Positions 29,187 through 41,033 are shown, numbered from the stretch's first letter. The stretch is 51,840 nucleotides of DNA from a bacterium (GCA_027348385.1 DAIEPO010000002.1:1-51840), one strand, 5' to 3'. Program-made: numbers and translations. The notes: generated by a model from the sequence alone, not told the origin.

Positions 29187-31187
29187 TTAGCTTTTCTTAA
29201 GTTTTTGTATTTTTCTAACCTCAGTTATACGATCTCTAATAGTAGCTGCTTTTTCATATTCTAAGTTTCGTGCAGCAAGATCCATTTGTTCTTCAAGCTC
29301 TTGGATATAGTACCTGACTTCATTTTTATCCATGTTCCTGACATCTGCTTTGTCAGTTTCTAATACTGCAACCTTTGAACCTGAAAGCCTATCATCTTTA
29401 ATTGCTTTTTTGATTGATTGGGGAGTGATAGCATGTTTTGTGTTGTAAGCTTCTTGGATTTTTCTTCTGCGCTTTGTTTCTTCGATAGCTGCTTGCATAG
29501 ATCCTGTGATTCTGTCTGCATACATGATGACATGTCCGGAAAGATGTCTTGCAGCTCTGCCCATTATTTGCATCAAAGCTGTTTCACTTCGTAAGAATCC
29601 TTCCTTGTCCGCATCAAGAATTGCGATTAAAGAAACTTCTGGTAAATCTAAGCCTTCACGTAAAAGATTAATACCAACAACAACATCATAAACACCAAGC
29701 CTTAAATCACGAAGAATCTCTAATCTTTCAAAAGTATCAATTTCAGAGTGCAGATAGTGTACGGCAATACCAAGCTCTTTCATGTATTCTGCAAGTTCTT
29801 CAGCCATGCGTTTTGTTAAAGTTGTTACTAAAACACGCTGGTGTTTTTTAACTCTAGCTTGAACCTGCTCTATTAAGTCATCAACCTGGTTTTTTATGGG
29901 TTTAATTTCAATAGTTGGATCAAGAAGTCCTGTTGGACGAATCAATTGTTCTGCGATTAATTCTTTTGCTTTTGGAGTTGTAGCTCCGCTTTTTGCTAGT
30001 TCATATTTTGCAGGTGTTGCTGAAACATAAACAACCTGATTAATCTTTTTTTCAAACTCTGTAAATTTTAGCGGCCGGTTATCTAGTGCTGAAGGAAGTC
30101 TAAAACCATAATCAACTAGGGTTTGTTTTCTGCTGTGATCGCCTTCATACATCCCACCAATTTGGGGGATAGTCATGTGTGATTCATCAATGAACATTAA
30201 GAAATCATCTGGGAAATAGTGCAGGAGGGTTGATGGGGGCTCTCCTGGGGTCCTGAAATCTAGGTGTCTGGAGTAGTTTTCAATACCATTCACAAAACCT
30301 TGTGTTTGTATGGTTTCTAAATCAAAGTTAGTTCTTTGCTCTAAGCGTTGTGCTTCTAAAAGCTTGCCTTCTTTTTTAAATTTCTTTAACTGTTGATCCA
30401 GTTCCCCTCTGATGTTATCAACTGCTTTTTGGAGTTTTTCTTGTGGAGTAACAAAGTGTTTTGCAGGGAAAATGGTCACAGTTTCTAAATCTTGGATATC
30501 AGAGCCTGTTAAAATATCGTGTTCTGATATTCTTTCAATTTCATCTCCGAAAAAAGAAAGACGGATAACTGCTTCAGAAGAGGCCAAAACAATTTCTAAG
30601 ATATCACCACGAACGCGGTAAGTGCCTCTTTTTAAATCCATGTCATTCCTAGAAAATTGTAAGTCAACAAGTCTACGCAGTAATGTATCGCGTTTAACCT
30701 TTTCTCCTTTTTTAAGTGTTAGAGAAAGTTCAAGATAGTCAGCAGGATTGCCTAAACCATAAATACAGGAAACCGAAGCAACAATTAAAACATCTTTTCT
30801 AGTTAACAAGCTCTGAGTTGCGGCATTTCTCAAACGATCAATTTCTTCATTGATTTGGGTTTCTTTTTCAATGTATGTATCTGTTCTTGGAACATATGCT
30901 TCTGGTTGATAGTAGTCATAGTAGGAGACAAAGTAGTGCACTGCATTTTCTGGGAAAAACTCTTGAAACTCAGAAGCAAGCTGTGCAGCTAGTGTTTTGT
31001 TGTGCGAGATTATTAGGGTTGGTTTCTGAATTTCTGAAATAATGTTAGCCATGGTAAAAGTTTTACCAGAACCAGTTACGCCTAAAAGCGTTTGGTCTCG
31101 ATTTCCTTTTTTGATCGATTTAACCAATTTAGCAATTGCGTCTGGCTGATCACCAGCAGGTTTGTAGGAGGAAACTAATTTGAACAT
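29187..31187 (-). CDS. uvrB: Excinuclease ABC subunit B
   Basis: [39 protein letters not shown]-terminal UVR domain; start MFKLVS 7 nt after TAGAAT. Confidence 0.98.
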   Translation of the reverse strand: MFKLVSSYKPAGDQPDAIAKLVKSIKKGNRDQTLLGVTGSGKTFTMANIISEIQKPTLIISHNKTLAAQLASEFQEFFPENAVHYFVSYYDYYQPEAYVPRTDTYIEKETQINEEIDRLRNAATQSLLTRKDVLIVASVSCIYGLGNPADYLELSLTLKKGEKVKRDTLLRRLVDLQFSRNDMDLKRGTYRVRGDILEIVLASSEAVIRLSFFGDEIERISEHDILTGSDIQDLETVTIFPAKHFVTPQEKLQKAVDNIRGELDQQLKKFKKEGKLLEAQRLEQRTNFDLETIQTQGFVNGIENYSRHLDFRTPGEPPSTLLHYFPDDFLMFIDESHMTIPQIGGMYEGDHSRKQTLVDYGFRLPSALDNRPLKFTEFEKKINQVVYVSATPAKYELAKSGATTPKAKELIAEQLIRPTGLLDPTIEIKPIKNQVDDLIEQVQARVKKHQRVLVTTLTKRMAEELAEYMKELGIAVHYLHSEIDTFERLEILRDLRLGVYDVVVGINLLREGLDLPEVSLIAILDADKEGFLRSETALMQIMGRAARHLSGHVIMYADRITGSMQAAIEETKRRRKIQEAYNTKHAITPQSIKKAIKDDRLSGSKVAVLETDKADVRNMDKNEVRYYIQELEEQMDLAARNLEYEKAATIRDRITEVRKIQKLKKS

Positions 31188-31266
31188 ATATTCCATTCTA
31201 ACTGTTTCGAGAAGCAGGGTAAATAGCGGTATTTCCTTTAACCCTTTTTGTATATATAATCAATGT

Positions 31267-31824
31267 ATGATTGGATATATAAAAGGGAAAATAATCGGTA
31301 AAAACGAGCAATCTTTACTCATAGAAAACAATGGTATTGGTTACAGAGTTTTTACAACTCCGCAGATGTTAGCTAAAGAGGTTGGCTCGGAGATTGAACT
31401 ACATACTCATCTGCAAGTCAGAGAAGACGCATTAAACCTTTTTGGCTTCGCAAATGCTTCTGAGTTAAACTTTTTTGAGCTTTTAACAACAGTTTCAGGG
31501 GTTGGCCCTAAAGTGGCTTTGTCCGTGCTCTCCGCAGGAGATCTGGAGTTGATTAAAGGAGCAATAGTTTCTCAAGATGCAGCTGTGTTTACTAAAGTTT
31601 CAGGAGTTGGTAAAAAAACCGCAGAACGAATCATCGTAGAGTTAAAAGAAAAAATTTCTGGAAATGTTTCTGTTTTAGGATTAGGTAAATCTGATGATCT
31701 TTTGGGAGCCTTAGAACAACTTGGGTATTCCCTAAGAGAGATTAAAGAAGTCTTAAACAAAATAGATCACACATTAACAACAGAAGAAAAATTAAAACAA
31801 GCTTTAAAATTACTGAGCAAGTAA
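31267..31824 (+). CDS. ruvA: Holliday junction branch-migration protein RuvA
   Basis: MIGYIKG, GIGYRV, VRED, VSGVGPK, GVGKKTAERI; start 6 nt after TATAAT. Confidence 0.96.
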   Translation: MIGYIKGKIIGKNEQSLLIENNGIGYRVFTTPQMLAKEVGSEIELHTHLQVREDALNLFGFANASELNFFELLTTVSGVGPKVALSVLSAGDLELIKGAIVSQDAAVFTKVSGVGKKTAERIIVELKEKISGNVSVLGLGKSDDLLGALEQLGYSLREIKEVLNKIDHTLTTEEKLKQALKLLSK

Positions 31825-31825
31825 A

Positions 31826-32815
31826 ATGAAGTTAATAGAGTTTACAGAAGGTGAGCAAGCGACGTATCAATCATTGGTTTCAATCAATGGTTGTTTTTTG
31901 CAGGACTGGCAATGGGGTGAGTTTCAAAAGTCTTTGGGTAAAAAAGTTTTACGTTTTGGAATATTAGAAAAAGAAGAACTTCTTTTAGTAGCTTCCGGAT
32001 ATTTGCAACAAATGGGCAATAAAAGTTACTTCTTCCTACCCTATGGACCAATATTAAAGACGTCAGAGCTTTCTCGTTTTAATGATTTAATGCAATTTTT
32101 TTGTTTGGAATTAAAACAAAAATATCCTAGTTTAATTTTTGTTCGCTTTGAGCCTTTGCAGATTACTTCGGAATCTATTAAGTTAGCAAAAAAAAGCATT
32201 GATTTAGATCCACACCAAACTTTAATATTGGATTTGGAAAAAACAGAAGAGCAGCTACTTTCTGAAATGCATCCTAAAACTAGATACAACATTAAAGTTG
32301 CTACTAAACACGAAGTAGAGATACAAGTTTCAAACGAATTAACAAAAGATGCTTTAAACCTTTTGTTAGAAACTTCAAAGCGTGCTGGGATTAGAGGTTT
32401 TGATTCTGATTATTACACAAAGCTTGTGCAATACTTTAGAGAAAACAAAGACATAACCGTAAAAGTATATACTGCGAAACATCAAGGATATTTGTTAGCA
32501 GTAAATGTCATCCTAACTTACAAACAACAAAGCACATATTTGTTTGGGGGTTCCGCAGATCAAAAGAGAAACCTCATGGCGCCATATCTTTTGCACTGGC
32601 AAATCATTCAAGACTTAAAGAAACAAGGTTTTGAGAAATATGATTTTTGGGGTGTTGAAACAGACCTAAAACATCCCTGGTATGGTTTTAGCAAATTTAA
32701 GCTTGGTTTTGGTGGGGAAGTTGTAAAATATGCTGGAACATGGGATTACGTGCTTAATTCGGCGTGGTATAATGTATATATAATTATTAGAAAATTAAAT
32801 AGAATCATCAAATGA
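31826..32815 (+). CDS. FemABX-family aminoacyl-tRNA-dependent lipid II peptidyltransferase
   Basis: FLQDWQWGEF, PYGP, KTRYNIK, MAPYLLHW, YDFWG, KFKLGFGG. Confidence 0.88.
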   Translation: MKLIEFTEGEQATYQSLVSINGCFLQDWQWGEFQKSLGKKVLRFGILEKEELLLVASGYLQQMGNKSYFFLPYGPILKTSELSRFNDLMQFFCLELKQKYPSLIFVRFEPLQITSESIKLAKKSIDLDPHQTLILDLEKTEEQLLSEMHPKTRYNIKVATKHEVEIQVSNELTKDALNLLLETSKRAGIRGFDSDYYTKLVQYFRENKDITVKVYTAKHQGYLLAVNVILTYKQQSTYLFGGSADQKRNLMAPYLLHWQIIQDLKKQGFEKYDFWGVETDLKHPWYGFSKFKLGFGGEVVKYAGTWDYVLNSAWYNVYIIIRKLNRIIK

Positions 32816-33405
32816 AATACAAAATCTGTGTCTCAGGTTCAGCAGCAAACAATTGCGGACCGGGTGCGTTCAAGAAGTCATGGGAAGTAGGCAGGGAAAT
32901 AGCAAAACAGGGGGCAGTTTTAGTAACTGGGGCAACAATTGGCATTCCGGAATGGGCAGCAAGAGGAGCTAAATCTGTAAAAGGTTTTTCAATTGGGCTT
33001 TCTCCAGCAGGCAGTATGCGCGAACATGTTCGCAAATACCATTTACCAACCAGTCATATGGATATAATCGTATACACTGGTTTTGACTATTCTGGTAGAA
33101 ACTTGCTCTTAACTCGTTCTTCAGATGCAGTCATTGAAATTTGTGGACGTGTTGGAACCTTAAATGAATTTACCATTGCTTTTGAAGACCGAAAACCAAT
33201 TGGTGTTTTACTTGGTACAGGCGGGGCTGTTGAAGAAATTCCACACATCCTTAAAGTTGCAAAACGTGGTAGCAAAAACGTCATTTACGATACTGATCCC
33301 AAAAGACTTGTAACAAAAGTCATCAAAGCAGTTAGGGCTCAAAACAGAAACATAGAGAGAGAAGAAAGAAATGTTAGAAAGAGAAGAATTACTTCACCAG
33401 AATAA
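32812..33405 (+). CDS. LOG/SLOG family Rossmann-fold nucleotide-binding protein
   Basis: VSGSA, VTGATIG, RNLLL, GRVGTLNE. Confidence 0.82.
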   Translation: MKYKICVSGSAANNCGPGAFKKSWEVGREIAKQGAVLVTGATIGIPEWAARGAKSVKGFSIGLSPAGSMREHVRKYHLPTSHMDIIVYTGFDYSGRNLLLTRSSDAVIEICGRVGTLNEFTIAFEDRKPIGVLLGTGGAVEEIPHILKVAKRGSKNVIYDTDPKRLVTKVIKAVRAQNRNIEREERNVRKRRITSPE

Positions 33406-33419
33406 TTAGTTTTTGAAAA

Positions 33420-34700
33420 ATGCAATTTTTCTTTAACATCATCAAAGCAATATTGCCAAAAAGCTGGCTTAAAAAAATCCGTCCGTTTGGTCACGGATTT
33501 TTAGCATACCTGGCTGCTTTTTGGTATATGTTTCCAGCAAGAAAAATGACAGTCATTGGTATTACTGGGACAAGTGGTAAATCCACAACAACTCAGATTC
33601 TTTCAAAGATTTTAAACCAAGCAGGTAAGCAAACCGGATATATTACAACAGTCGAGTTCTTTGATGGCAGAAGAACAGAATTGAATAAACATGGCATGAG
33701 CATGCCCGGAAGATTTTTGTTGCAAAGAGAACTAGCAGAAATGCTTGCAGTTGGTTGCACGCACGCAATTGTTGAATGTACTTCAGAAGGGCTTTCTCAA
33801 AACAGACATTTAGGCATTGATTTTGATGTTGCTTTAATAACCAATCTTAAAGAAGCGCATTTAGAAGCACACGGCGGATTTGAAAATTACAAACTAGCTA
33901 AAGCAAAACTTTTCAAAGCACTAGAGCGTTCAAACAAAAAGCACAAGATTATAGGGTTAAACCAAGATGACGAGCATGCGAACTTCTTTGGTGCTTTCAA
34001 ATCAACAGAACAATTCAGTGTTAGTTTGAAAAACGCAAACTTAAAAGTATCGAACAATGCAACTGAATTTGAATTAAACGCGAACACCTACAGAACACAT
34101 CTTCCTGGAGAGTTTAATGCTTACAATGCAGCAATGGCCATAACTTGTGCAAACAAACTCGGAGTTGTCGATGCTAAGGTCATACAAGAAGCACTCAATC
34201 AAATCATCGAAATACCAGGTAGAATGCAGCAAATACAGAACAATAAAGGCATACTAGTATACCTGGATTATGCTCCAGAACCACACGGCATGAATAGCGC
34301 TTTAAAGGCAGTATCTTTAATGCCACATCAAAGGTTAATTAATGTTTTTGGTTCAACAGGAGGACACAGAGATGCTTCAAAGCGTTTTGAGTTTGGTAAA
34401 ATCTCTTCTAACTATGCGGATACAATTATCATCACCAATGACGATGTCTATGATTCAGACCCAGGAGAAATAGCTGCAGATATTGAAAAAGGAATTACAG
34501 ACAATCAAAACAGAAAAGAAAATATTAAAGTTCTAACAATTCTAGATCGTAAAGAAGCAATCCGCACAGCAATCGAGCTGGCTAAACCAGGGGATATATT
34601 AATAATTACGGGAAAAGGTTCAGAGCAGTTCTTGGTATTACCAGGCAACCAGAGAATAGAGTGGGATGAAAAAAGAACCATCGAGGAGCTGTTAAAATGA
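33420..34700 (+). CDS. murE: UDP-MurNAc-tripeptide synthetase (MurE-type ligase)
   Basis: GITGTSGKST, ECTSEG, TNL..AHL, PGRMQ, DYA, FGSTG, GKGSE. Confidence 0.85.
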   Translation: MQFFFNIIKAILPKSWLKKIRPFGHGFLAYLAAFWYMFPARKMTVIGITGTSGKSTTTQILSKILNQAGKQTGYITTVEFFDGRRTELNKHGMSMPGRFLLQRELAEMLAVGCTHAIVECTSEGLSQNRHLGIDFDVALITNLKEAHLEAHGGFENYKLAKAKLFKALERSNKKHKIIGLNQDDEHANFFGAFKSTEQFSVSLKNANLKVSNNATEFELNANTYRTHLPGEFNAYNAAMAITCANKLGVVDAKVIQEALNQIIEIPGRMQQIQNNKGILVYLDYAPEPHGMNSALKAVSLMPHQRLINVFGSTGGHRDASKRFEFGKISSNYADTIIITNDDVYDSDPGEIAADIEKGITDNQNRKENIKVLTILDRKEAIRTAIELAKPGDILIITGKGSEQFLVLPGNQRIEWDEKRTIEELLK

Positions 34701-35542
34701 TTCTTTACATTAACAGCGCAGGATTTGAGAAACTACATTTTGCTTTAATTACAAAAAAGATCAAGCAAAAAAAGATTTCCATCAAACACCCAGAGCTTGA
34801 AAAAACAGCTGAATACTTAGAAGCGTTTCTCAAAGAAAACAAAACAAAGCTAGAAGAGATAGAGAAAATAATTGTGGTTGTAGGCAAAGGATCTTTTACA
34901 GGTGTTCGTGTTGGTGTTGCACTAGCCTTGGCATTTGCTATGGCACTCGGGATAAAGGCATATGCGGTTGAACAAACAGAAAACTCTTCAGACCTGAAGA
35001 GTTTAATAAAAAAGAAAATGGTTTTGATAAAAACGGGGTATCAACCAGAGTATGCAGCTAAACCAAACATAACTATGAAAAAACAAAAAGCTTTTACCTT
35101 AATTGAATTACTAGTAGTTATCGCAATTATAGGTCTACTTGCATCTATTCTTATGGTCTCTATTGGTAATGCCAGGTTAAAATCCAGAGAAGCCAAAAGG
35201 CTTGCAGATCTTCGTCAGATTCGTTCTGCTTTAGAGTTGTATGTTAACGACAACGGTAATTATCCCGGAGCTGTCACCAGCTATTATTGGATCAGTGACA
35301 ACAACTATCCGGGTTCAGGTCCATGGCCTCCATGTTCAACAACAACAGGTGGTTTAAAACCATACATTGCAAATGTTTGCAGTGTTCTAGACCCAAGTGG
35401 TTACCCTTATGCATTTTCAGTTGATTCAAGTGGTCGGTATCATTTAGGTGCAAGATTTGAAACAACAGCAAACCAAGGCACTCAGTTCTACTACAATAAC
35501 GGTGTTACACCTGTTGCCAACTATTATGAACCTAAAAATTAA
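34697..35542 (+). CDS. tsaB: In-frame fusion of a short TsaB (aa 1-126) and a type IV prepilin (aa 127-281)
   Basis: GKGSFTGVRVG TsaB motif; no stop before MKKQKA-FTLIELLVVIAIIGLLASI prepilin motif at 35075. Confidence 0.85.
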   Translation: MILYINSAGFEKLHFALITKKIKQKKISIKHPELEKTAEYLEAFLKENKTKLEEIEKIIVVVGKGSFTGVRVGVALALAFAMALGIKAYAVEQTENSSDLKSLIKKKMVLIKTGYQPEYAAKPNITMKKQKAFTLIELLVVIAIIGLLASILMVSIGNARLKSREAKRLADLRQIRSALELYVNDNGNYPGAVTSYYWISDNNYPGSGPWPPCSTTTGGLKPYIANVCSVLDPSGYPYAFSVDSSGRYHLGARFETTANQGTQFYYNNGVTPVANYYEPKN

Positions 35543-36288
35543 TCTTGTTTTAATTTAGCAGTGTAACTAAGAATAACAATAACCACTAAAAGCCACGCTC
35601 CCAAACCTAAAAGATCTGGGAGTGTTTGTTTTAATGTCCAGTCTTGAATAAAGTTGTTGCGCATGCCCTCAGCAAGATATGTTACTGGAAGTTTAGATGC
35701 AATAAATTTTAGGACTGTTGGAAAATTTTCTGTTGGGAAGAAAATATTTCCCAAGAAAGTAAAGAGCAAATTTAGAATCGTAGTTATTGGAGCTGCTTCC
35801 TCATAAGTCTTAGCAAAACTTGAAACTGCAAAACCAATACCAAGGAAAACCGCACCACCCATAAGCATCAAAAGCACAATAGCTAAACCACTTCCAGGAA
35901 TTGATGTCTTAAAATACCAGACCCCAATAGATATGATCAAACCAATTTGAATTGCCATCAAAACCAATCTTGATGCAATCAAAGAGCCAAGCATTTCAAA
36001 GTTAGAAAGTGGTGTTACCAAAAGCCTTTTAATAACTCCACGGGCTTTTAAATCAACCAACCAATACGCTAAAGAAAATATCCCTGTCTGCATTATGGTC
36101 ATAGCAATAATGCCGGGAAGAAGATATTCAGAATAGGTGACAGTGTGGCTACCAGGAGCATTGCCACTGATTTTGCTAATTGCTAAATACAAAAATACTG
36201 GTAGAAATATATTAAAGAACAACCCTCGCCAATTACGGTAGAGCATTCTAAAGTTTGTTAAAAAAAGTTGCCAAAAGGATATAAACAT
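35539..36288 (-). CDS. ABC-2 type transporter permease
   Basis: LLPGIIAM, KRLLVTPL, GNIFFP, LPVTY. Confidence 0.9.
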   Translation of the reverse strand: MFISFWQLFLTNFRMLYRNWRGLFFNIFLPVFLYLAISKISGNAPGSHTVTYSEYLLPGIIAMTIMQTGIFSLAYWLVDLKARGVIKRLLVTPLSNFEMLGSLIASRLVLMAIQIGLIISIGVWYFKTSIPGSGLAIVLLMLMGGAVFLGIGFAVSSFAKTYEEAAPITTILNLLFTFLGNIFFPTENFPTVLKFIASKLPVTYLAEGMRNNFIQDWTLKQTLPDLLGLGAWLLVVIVILSYTAKLKQD

Positions 36289-37218
36289 CTAAGACTCCTC
36301 AGAATAGCTATGACCTGTTAAGTGTAAATAAACATCCTCAAGCTTAGCTGTTTTTAAGTTTAAGAACTTGTATTCAGTGTTTGTTCTTTTCAGTTTTTGA
36401 ACTATTCCTGGCAGTTCTTCAACGTCTCCTAGATCAAGCGTTACTTTTGGATATTCTTCTTTTAGATTTTCAACAGATTTAAATTCAGCAAAAAAATCTT
36501 TTGGCATTTGTTTCTCAACAAAAAAACTTAACTTGTACAGACGATCTAAAGAGGCGATAAGGTCTTCGGGACTATCCATCTTTAATATTTTTCCCGAATC
36601 CATAATCGCAACACGGTTACAAAGATATTCTGCTTCTTCCATGTAATGTGTGGTCATGACAATGGTGATGTTTTGTTTGTTGAGTTCTTTAATAAAGTCC
36701 CACATCTCTCGGCGTGCTTGTGGATCAAGACCTGTGGTTGGTTCATCCAAGAAAAGAATTTCTGGTTTATGCACCAAAGCTGTGGCAATAGTGAAGCGTT
36801 GCTTCTGTCCACCCGACAAAGATTTAACAACACTCTTTGCGCGATCTTCTAAGCCAACATGTTTTAACAATGCCAGAGGGTCAATCTTTTCTTTGTAAAG
36901 ACTTGCAAATAAGACTAAGAGCTCTTCAAGACTTAAATAGTTTAGATATTCGCTACTTTGTAGCTGCACACCAATTTTTTTCTTAATCAACGCGCTTTGG
37001 CTTAAGTTATCCAAACCAAGCACATGACAAGAGCCTGAAGTCTGTTGCTTCAGTCCTTCGATAATCTCTAGAGTTGTTGTCTTACCAGCACCATTAGGGC
37101 CGAGGATACCAAAGATTTCATTGCGGTATACTTCAAAGCTTACACCTCTTAATGCTTGAACATCCTTGTACTCTTTCTTTAAGTCCTTAACAGTAATTAC
37201 TTTTTCATTTTTTACCAT
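36289..37218 (-). CDS. ABC-2 type transporter ATP-binding protein
   Basis: GPNGAGKTT, LSGGQKQR, LDEPTTGLD, TTHYMEEA. Confidence 0.93.
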   Translation of the reverse strand: MVKNEKVITVKDLKKEYKDVQALRGVSFEVYRNEIFGILGPNGAGKTTTLEIIEGLKQQTSGSCHVLGLDNLSQSALIKKKIGVQLQSSEYLNYLSLEELLVLFASLYKEKIDPLALLKHVGLEDRAKSVVKSLSGGQKQRFTIATALVHKPEILFLDEPTTGLDPQARREMWDFIKELNKQNITIVMTTHYMEEAEYLCNRVAIMDSGKILKMDSPEDLIASLDRLYKLSFFVEKQMPKDFFAEFKSVENLKEEYPKVTLDLGDVEELPGIVQKLKRTNTEYKFLNLKTAKLEDVYLHLTGHSYSEES

Positions 37219-37440
37219 GCGTATATTATACCCTAAAATCTTTTAAAGTATATTTTGAGCTTGCAATATAATTGTAAACATGGTTTAATCCGTAAATTTT
37301 GACAGTATTTTTTAAAAAACAGGGTAGTGGATAATTGCTTGGGGATATGTTCGGGATGAAATGTGTGTAATTCTGCCATTTTTTGGCTTAAATAAGCCAA
37401 AAAAGTCATTTTCCTTGACATTTTGACTTCTTGCACTCAC

Positions 37441-37468
37441 TTGACAATGAGCCTAAAAGAAGTATAAT
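37441..37468 (+). promoter_or_regulatory. Sigma70 promoter of rpoBC
   Basis: TTGACA-16nt-TATAAT. Confidence 0.75.
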
Positions 37469-37547
37469 TCCATTATGCATTTTCGCCCAATTTTTTAAGC
37501 CTAACTAGAAAGGTCCATTTTCCGTTTGGGGAATGGAGAGTTTTTAT

Positions 37548-40500
37548 ATGCCAAAAAAAGCCACCATGGCACAGGTTTTGGTCAGAACAGGCCAACAGAA
37601 AAGCAACCGCAAGTTCTTTTCTACTCTCCATGAGGTCACTGAGCTTCCGCATTTGATAGAAGCGCAGCTGAACTCATACAAGTGGTTCTTAGAAAAAGGT
37701 CTCAAGGAGTTGTTAGAAGAAATAACTCCGATTAAAGACTTTACTGGTAAGAACCTAGAAATGTATTTTGGTGATTGTTTTCTAGACAAACCAAAGTACG
37801 ACGAAAAAACAGCTCGCGAAAGAAATACTACATTTGAAGCTCCGCTGTACTGCAGCGTTAAGTTAGTAAACAAAGTAACAGGCAAAACTAAAACCCAAGA
37901 TGTATATTTGGGTGATTTTCCGTTAATGACTCCAAGAGCAACATTTGTCATCAACGGAGTTGAGCGTGTTGTTGTTTCTCAGTTAATTAAATCACCGGGC
38001 GTTTTCTTTACAGCAGAAAATTCTAGAGGCAAAAACTATTACGGTTCCAAAGTAATTCCTAACCGTGGTGCATGGTTGGAATTAGACACTGACGCAAACA
38101 ATGTCATTGGAGTAAAGATTGACCGCAAGCGCAGAATTCCAATCACAGCGCTCTTGCGTGTTTTTGGTTTGTCTACAAATGAAGAAATATTAGAAGCTTT
38201 TGCAGACATTGATACAGATCCAGACAACAAGTACATAGCATCAACTTTAGAAAAAGATGCTTCTACAAATGCAGACGAAGGATTCAAAGAAGTTTATAAA
38301 AGAATCAGACCAGGGGATTTAGCAACTGTAGATAATGCCAAGAGCTTAATCTCTGCAATGTTTTTCAATTACGATAGATATGATCTTTCAGAAGTAGGAC
38401 GTTACAAACTGAACCAGAGATTAAACATGCCAGAAAATGAAAGCAGAATCTTGAGCAAAGAAGATTTAGTTGCAACAGTAAGAGAAATAATCAGATTAAA
38501 CAATGTTCAAGGTTTAGCAGATGATATTGACCATCTTGCTAACCGTCGCATTAGATCAGTTGGTGAGTTAATCCAAACTCGTTTCCGTGTTGGTCTTGCG
38601 CGTATGGCAAGAATTGGAAAAGACCGCATGAGCCTTGCTGATTTAGATACTGTAACCCCAGCTCAATTAATCCACGTTAGACCAATTGTTGCTGCAATGC
38701 AGGAATTCTTTTCCTCATCTCAGCTTTCTCAGTTCATGGACCAAACTAATCCATTAGCAGAGCTTGAACACAAGCGCAGACTTTCAGCAATGGGTCCTGG
38801 TGGTTTGTCTCGTGAAAGAGCAGGTTTTGAAGTTCGAGATGTACACCGTTCACACTACGGCAGACTTTGTCCTATTACAACTCCAGAAGGACCTAACATT
38901 GGACTGGTTGCGCACTTAGCAACATATGCCAGGATAAACGACTTTGGTTTCATTGAAACACCTTACAGAAAAGTAAAGAAGAGTGTTAAAAATGACGGCA
39001 AAGAAGCAGTCGGAGAAATTGCAATTAGCGATTTTGAAGGAATTGTTAAAGAAGGCGATGTTATTACAGAATCTCAGGCAAAGCAGTTACACAAACAAGA
39101 AGAGTTAAAAGAAATACGCATCAAAGCAAGAGCTACAGACCAAATCGACTACCTTGATGCTTACGAAGAAGAAAAATTAATCATTGGTCAAGCAAACATT
39201 GATGTAGATGAAAAAGGATTCTTCAGTGAAAGAAGAACCTCTGTTCGTGTGCATGGTGAACCTTCAATTGCAGACACCAATGATATTGATTATTTAGACG
39301 TTTCTCCTAAACAAATCATTTCTGTAACAACATCTTTGATTCCTTTCTTGGAACACGACGATGCAAACCGCGCTTTAATGGGATCAAACATGCAAAGACA
39401 AGCAGTCTCATGTATCAAACCAAGCGCACCAATTGTTGGCACAGGTATGGAGCGAAAAGCAGCTTACGATTCCGGACAGGTTATTCTTTCTGACGTTGAT
39501 GGAGAAGTTGTTTCAGTTGCAGGAAACAAGATTACAGTTGAAGATTCAGACTCAGGGAAGAAAAAAGTTTATGATCTTCTAAAATTCATCAGAACAAACA
39601 GCGGTACTGCCATTAACCAGATTGTCAGAGTTAACAAAGGCGACAAAGTCAAAAAAGGTGATCTTCTTGCAGATGGTGCTTCAACTGAAATGGGTGAGTT
39701 AGCTTTAGGACAAAACGTTTTAGTAGCTTTCATGTCTTGGCAGGGGTATAACTATGAAGACGCAATCATCCTTTCAGAGCGCGTCGTTAAAAACGACCTC
39801 TATTCTTCAGTACACATTGAAGACTTTAAAGTCGATGTTCGCGATACCAAACTAGGACCTGAAATAATCACAAGAGACATTCCAAATGTTGGAGAAGAAA
39901 AACTCAAAGACTTAAACGAAAGCGGAGTTATCCGTATTGGTGCTCAAGTAAAAGCTGGTGATATCTTAGTAGGTAAAATCACTCCAAAAGGTGAAACCGA
40001 CCTTACTGCTGAAGAAAAACTTTTAAGAGTAATCTTCGGTGAAAAATCCAGAGATGTTAAAGACACTTCCTTAGTACTACCACACGGTGAATACGGAAAA
40101 GTAGTTAATATAAGAGAGTTTTCAAGAGAAAATGGTGACAAACTTCCAAGCGGAGTCATTCGTTCAATTCAAGTTTCAGTCGCAGTCTTAAGAAAAATTC
40201 AGGTAGGTGACAAAATGGCAGGTAGACACGGAAACAAAGGTGTTGTCTCCAGAGTAGTTCCTGCAGAGGATATGCCACACTTAAAAGATGGTACGCCAGT
40301 TGATATAATCTTGAACCCGTTAGGTGTTGCTTCTCGTATGAACCTTGGTCAGATCTTAGAAACCCACCTTGGTTTAGCAGCAAAGAAGCTAGGTTACAAA
40401 GTAGCAACTCCAGTTCTAGACGGTGTTACTGAAGATCAGATTAAAGGTGAATTAGAAAAAGCAGGTTTTGCCAGAGATGGAAAAGTTGAAGTTTTTGATG

Positions 40501-41033
40501 GTAGAACCGGAGAAAAATTCGATGAAAGAGTAACCGTAGGTTACACCTACATGTTAAAACTGCACCACTTAGTAGATGACAAGATGCATGCTCGTTCAAC
40601 AGGTCCTTACTCCTTAATTACCCAGCAGCCGCTTGGCGGTAAAGCTCAGTTTGGTGGACAGAGATTCGGAGAAATGGAAGTTTGGGCTTTAGAAGGATAT
40701 GGTGCTGCACATACATTACAGGAAATGATTACTATAAAATCAGACGATGTTGTTGGTAGAAGCAAGACTTACGAAGCCATTGTTAAAGGTGAACCAATTA
40801 AAAAGCCAAACATTCCAGAATCATTCAGAGTTTTAGTTAAAGAACTCCAGTCTTTGTGTTTGGATGTTGATTTGTTAGGCGCTCAGGGAATAATTGAAGA
40901 TGACTCTGAAATAAAAGAGTCTATTGAAGCTTCGGTGTTGCAAGAAAAAGCTCCTGAGTCAGAACCAGCCATTGATTTTGCAGATAGTGAAAAGGTCGCG
41001 GAAAAAGAAAGCAAAAAGAAGTCTAAGAAATAA
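37548..41033 (+). CDS. rpoB: RNA polymerase beta subunit
   Basis: [34 protein letters not shown]; start at MPKK after GGAGAG. Confidence 0.98.
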   Translation: MPKKATMAQVLVRTGQQKSNRKFFSTLHEVTELPHLIEAQLNSYKWFLEKGLKELLEEITPIKDFTGKNLEMYFGDCFLDKPKYDEKTARERNTTFEAPLYCSVKLVNKVTGKTKTQDVYLGDFPLMTPRATFVINGVERVVVSQLIKSPGVFFTAENSRGKNYYGSKVIPNRGAWLELDTDANNVIGVKIDRKRRIPITALLRVFGLSTNEEILEAFADIDTDPDNKYIASTLEKDASTNADEGFKEVYKRIRPGDLATVDNAKSLISAMFFNYDRYDLSEVGRYKLNQRLNMPENESRILSKEDLVATVREIIRLNNVQGLADDIDHLANRRIRSVGELIQTRFRVGLARMARIGKDRMSLADLDTVTPAQLIHVRPIVAAMQEFFSSSQLSQFMDQTNPLAELEHKRRLSAMGPGGLSRERAGFEVRDVHRSHYGRLCPITTPEGPNIGLVAHLATYARINDFGFIETPYRKVKKSVKNDGKEAVGEIAISDFEGIVKEGDVITESQAKQLHKQEELKEIRIKARATDQIDYLDAYEEEKLIIGQANIDVDEKGFFSERRTSVRVHGEPSIADTNDIDYLDVSPKQIISVTTSLIPFLEHDDANRALMGSNMQRQAVSCIKPSAPIVGTGMERKAAYDSGQVILSDVDGEVVSVAGNKITVEDSDSGKKKVYDLLKFIRTNSGTAINQIVRVNKGDKVKKGDLLADGASTEMGELALGQNVLVAFMSWQGYNYEDAIILSERVVKNDLYSSVHIEDFKVDVRDTKLGPEIITRDIPNVGEEKLKDLNESGVIRIGAQVKAGDILVGKITPKGETDLTAEEKLLRVIFGEKSRDVKDTSLVLPHGEYGKVVNIREFSRENGDKLPSGVIRSIQVSVAVLRKIQVGDKMAGRHGNKGVVSRVVPAEDMPHLKDGTPVDIILNPLGVASRMNLGQILETHLGLAAKKLGYKVATPVLDGVTEDQIKGELEKAGFARDGKVEVFDGRTGEKFDERVTVGYTYMLKLHHLVDDKMHARSTGPYSLITQQPLGGKAQFGGQRFGEMEVWALEGYGAAHTLQEMITIKSDDVVGRSKTYEAIVKGEPIKKPNIPESFRVLVKELQSLCLDVDLLGAQGIIEDDSEIKESIEASVLQEKAPESEPAIDFADSEKVAEKESKKKSKK

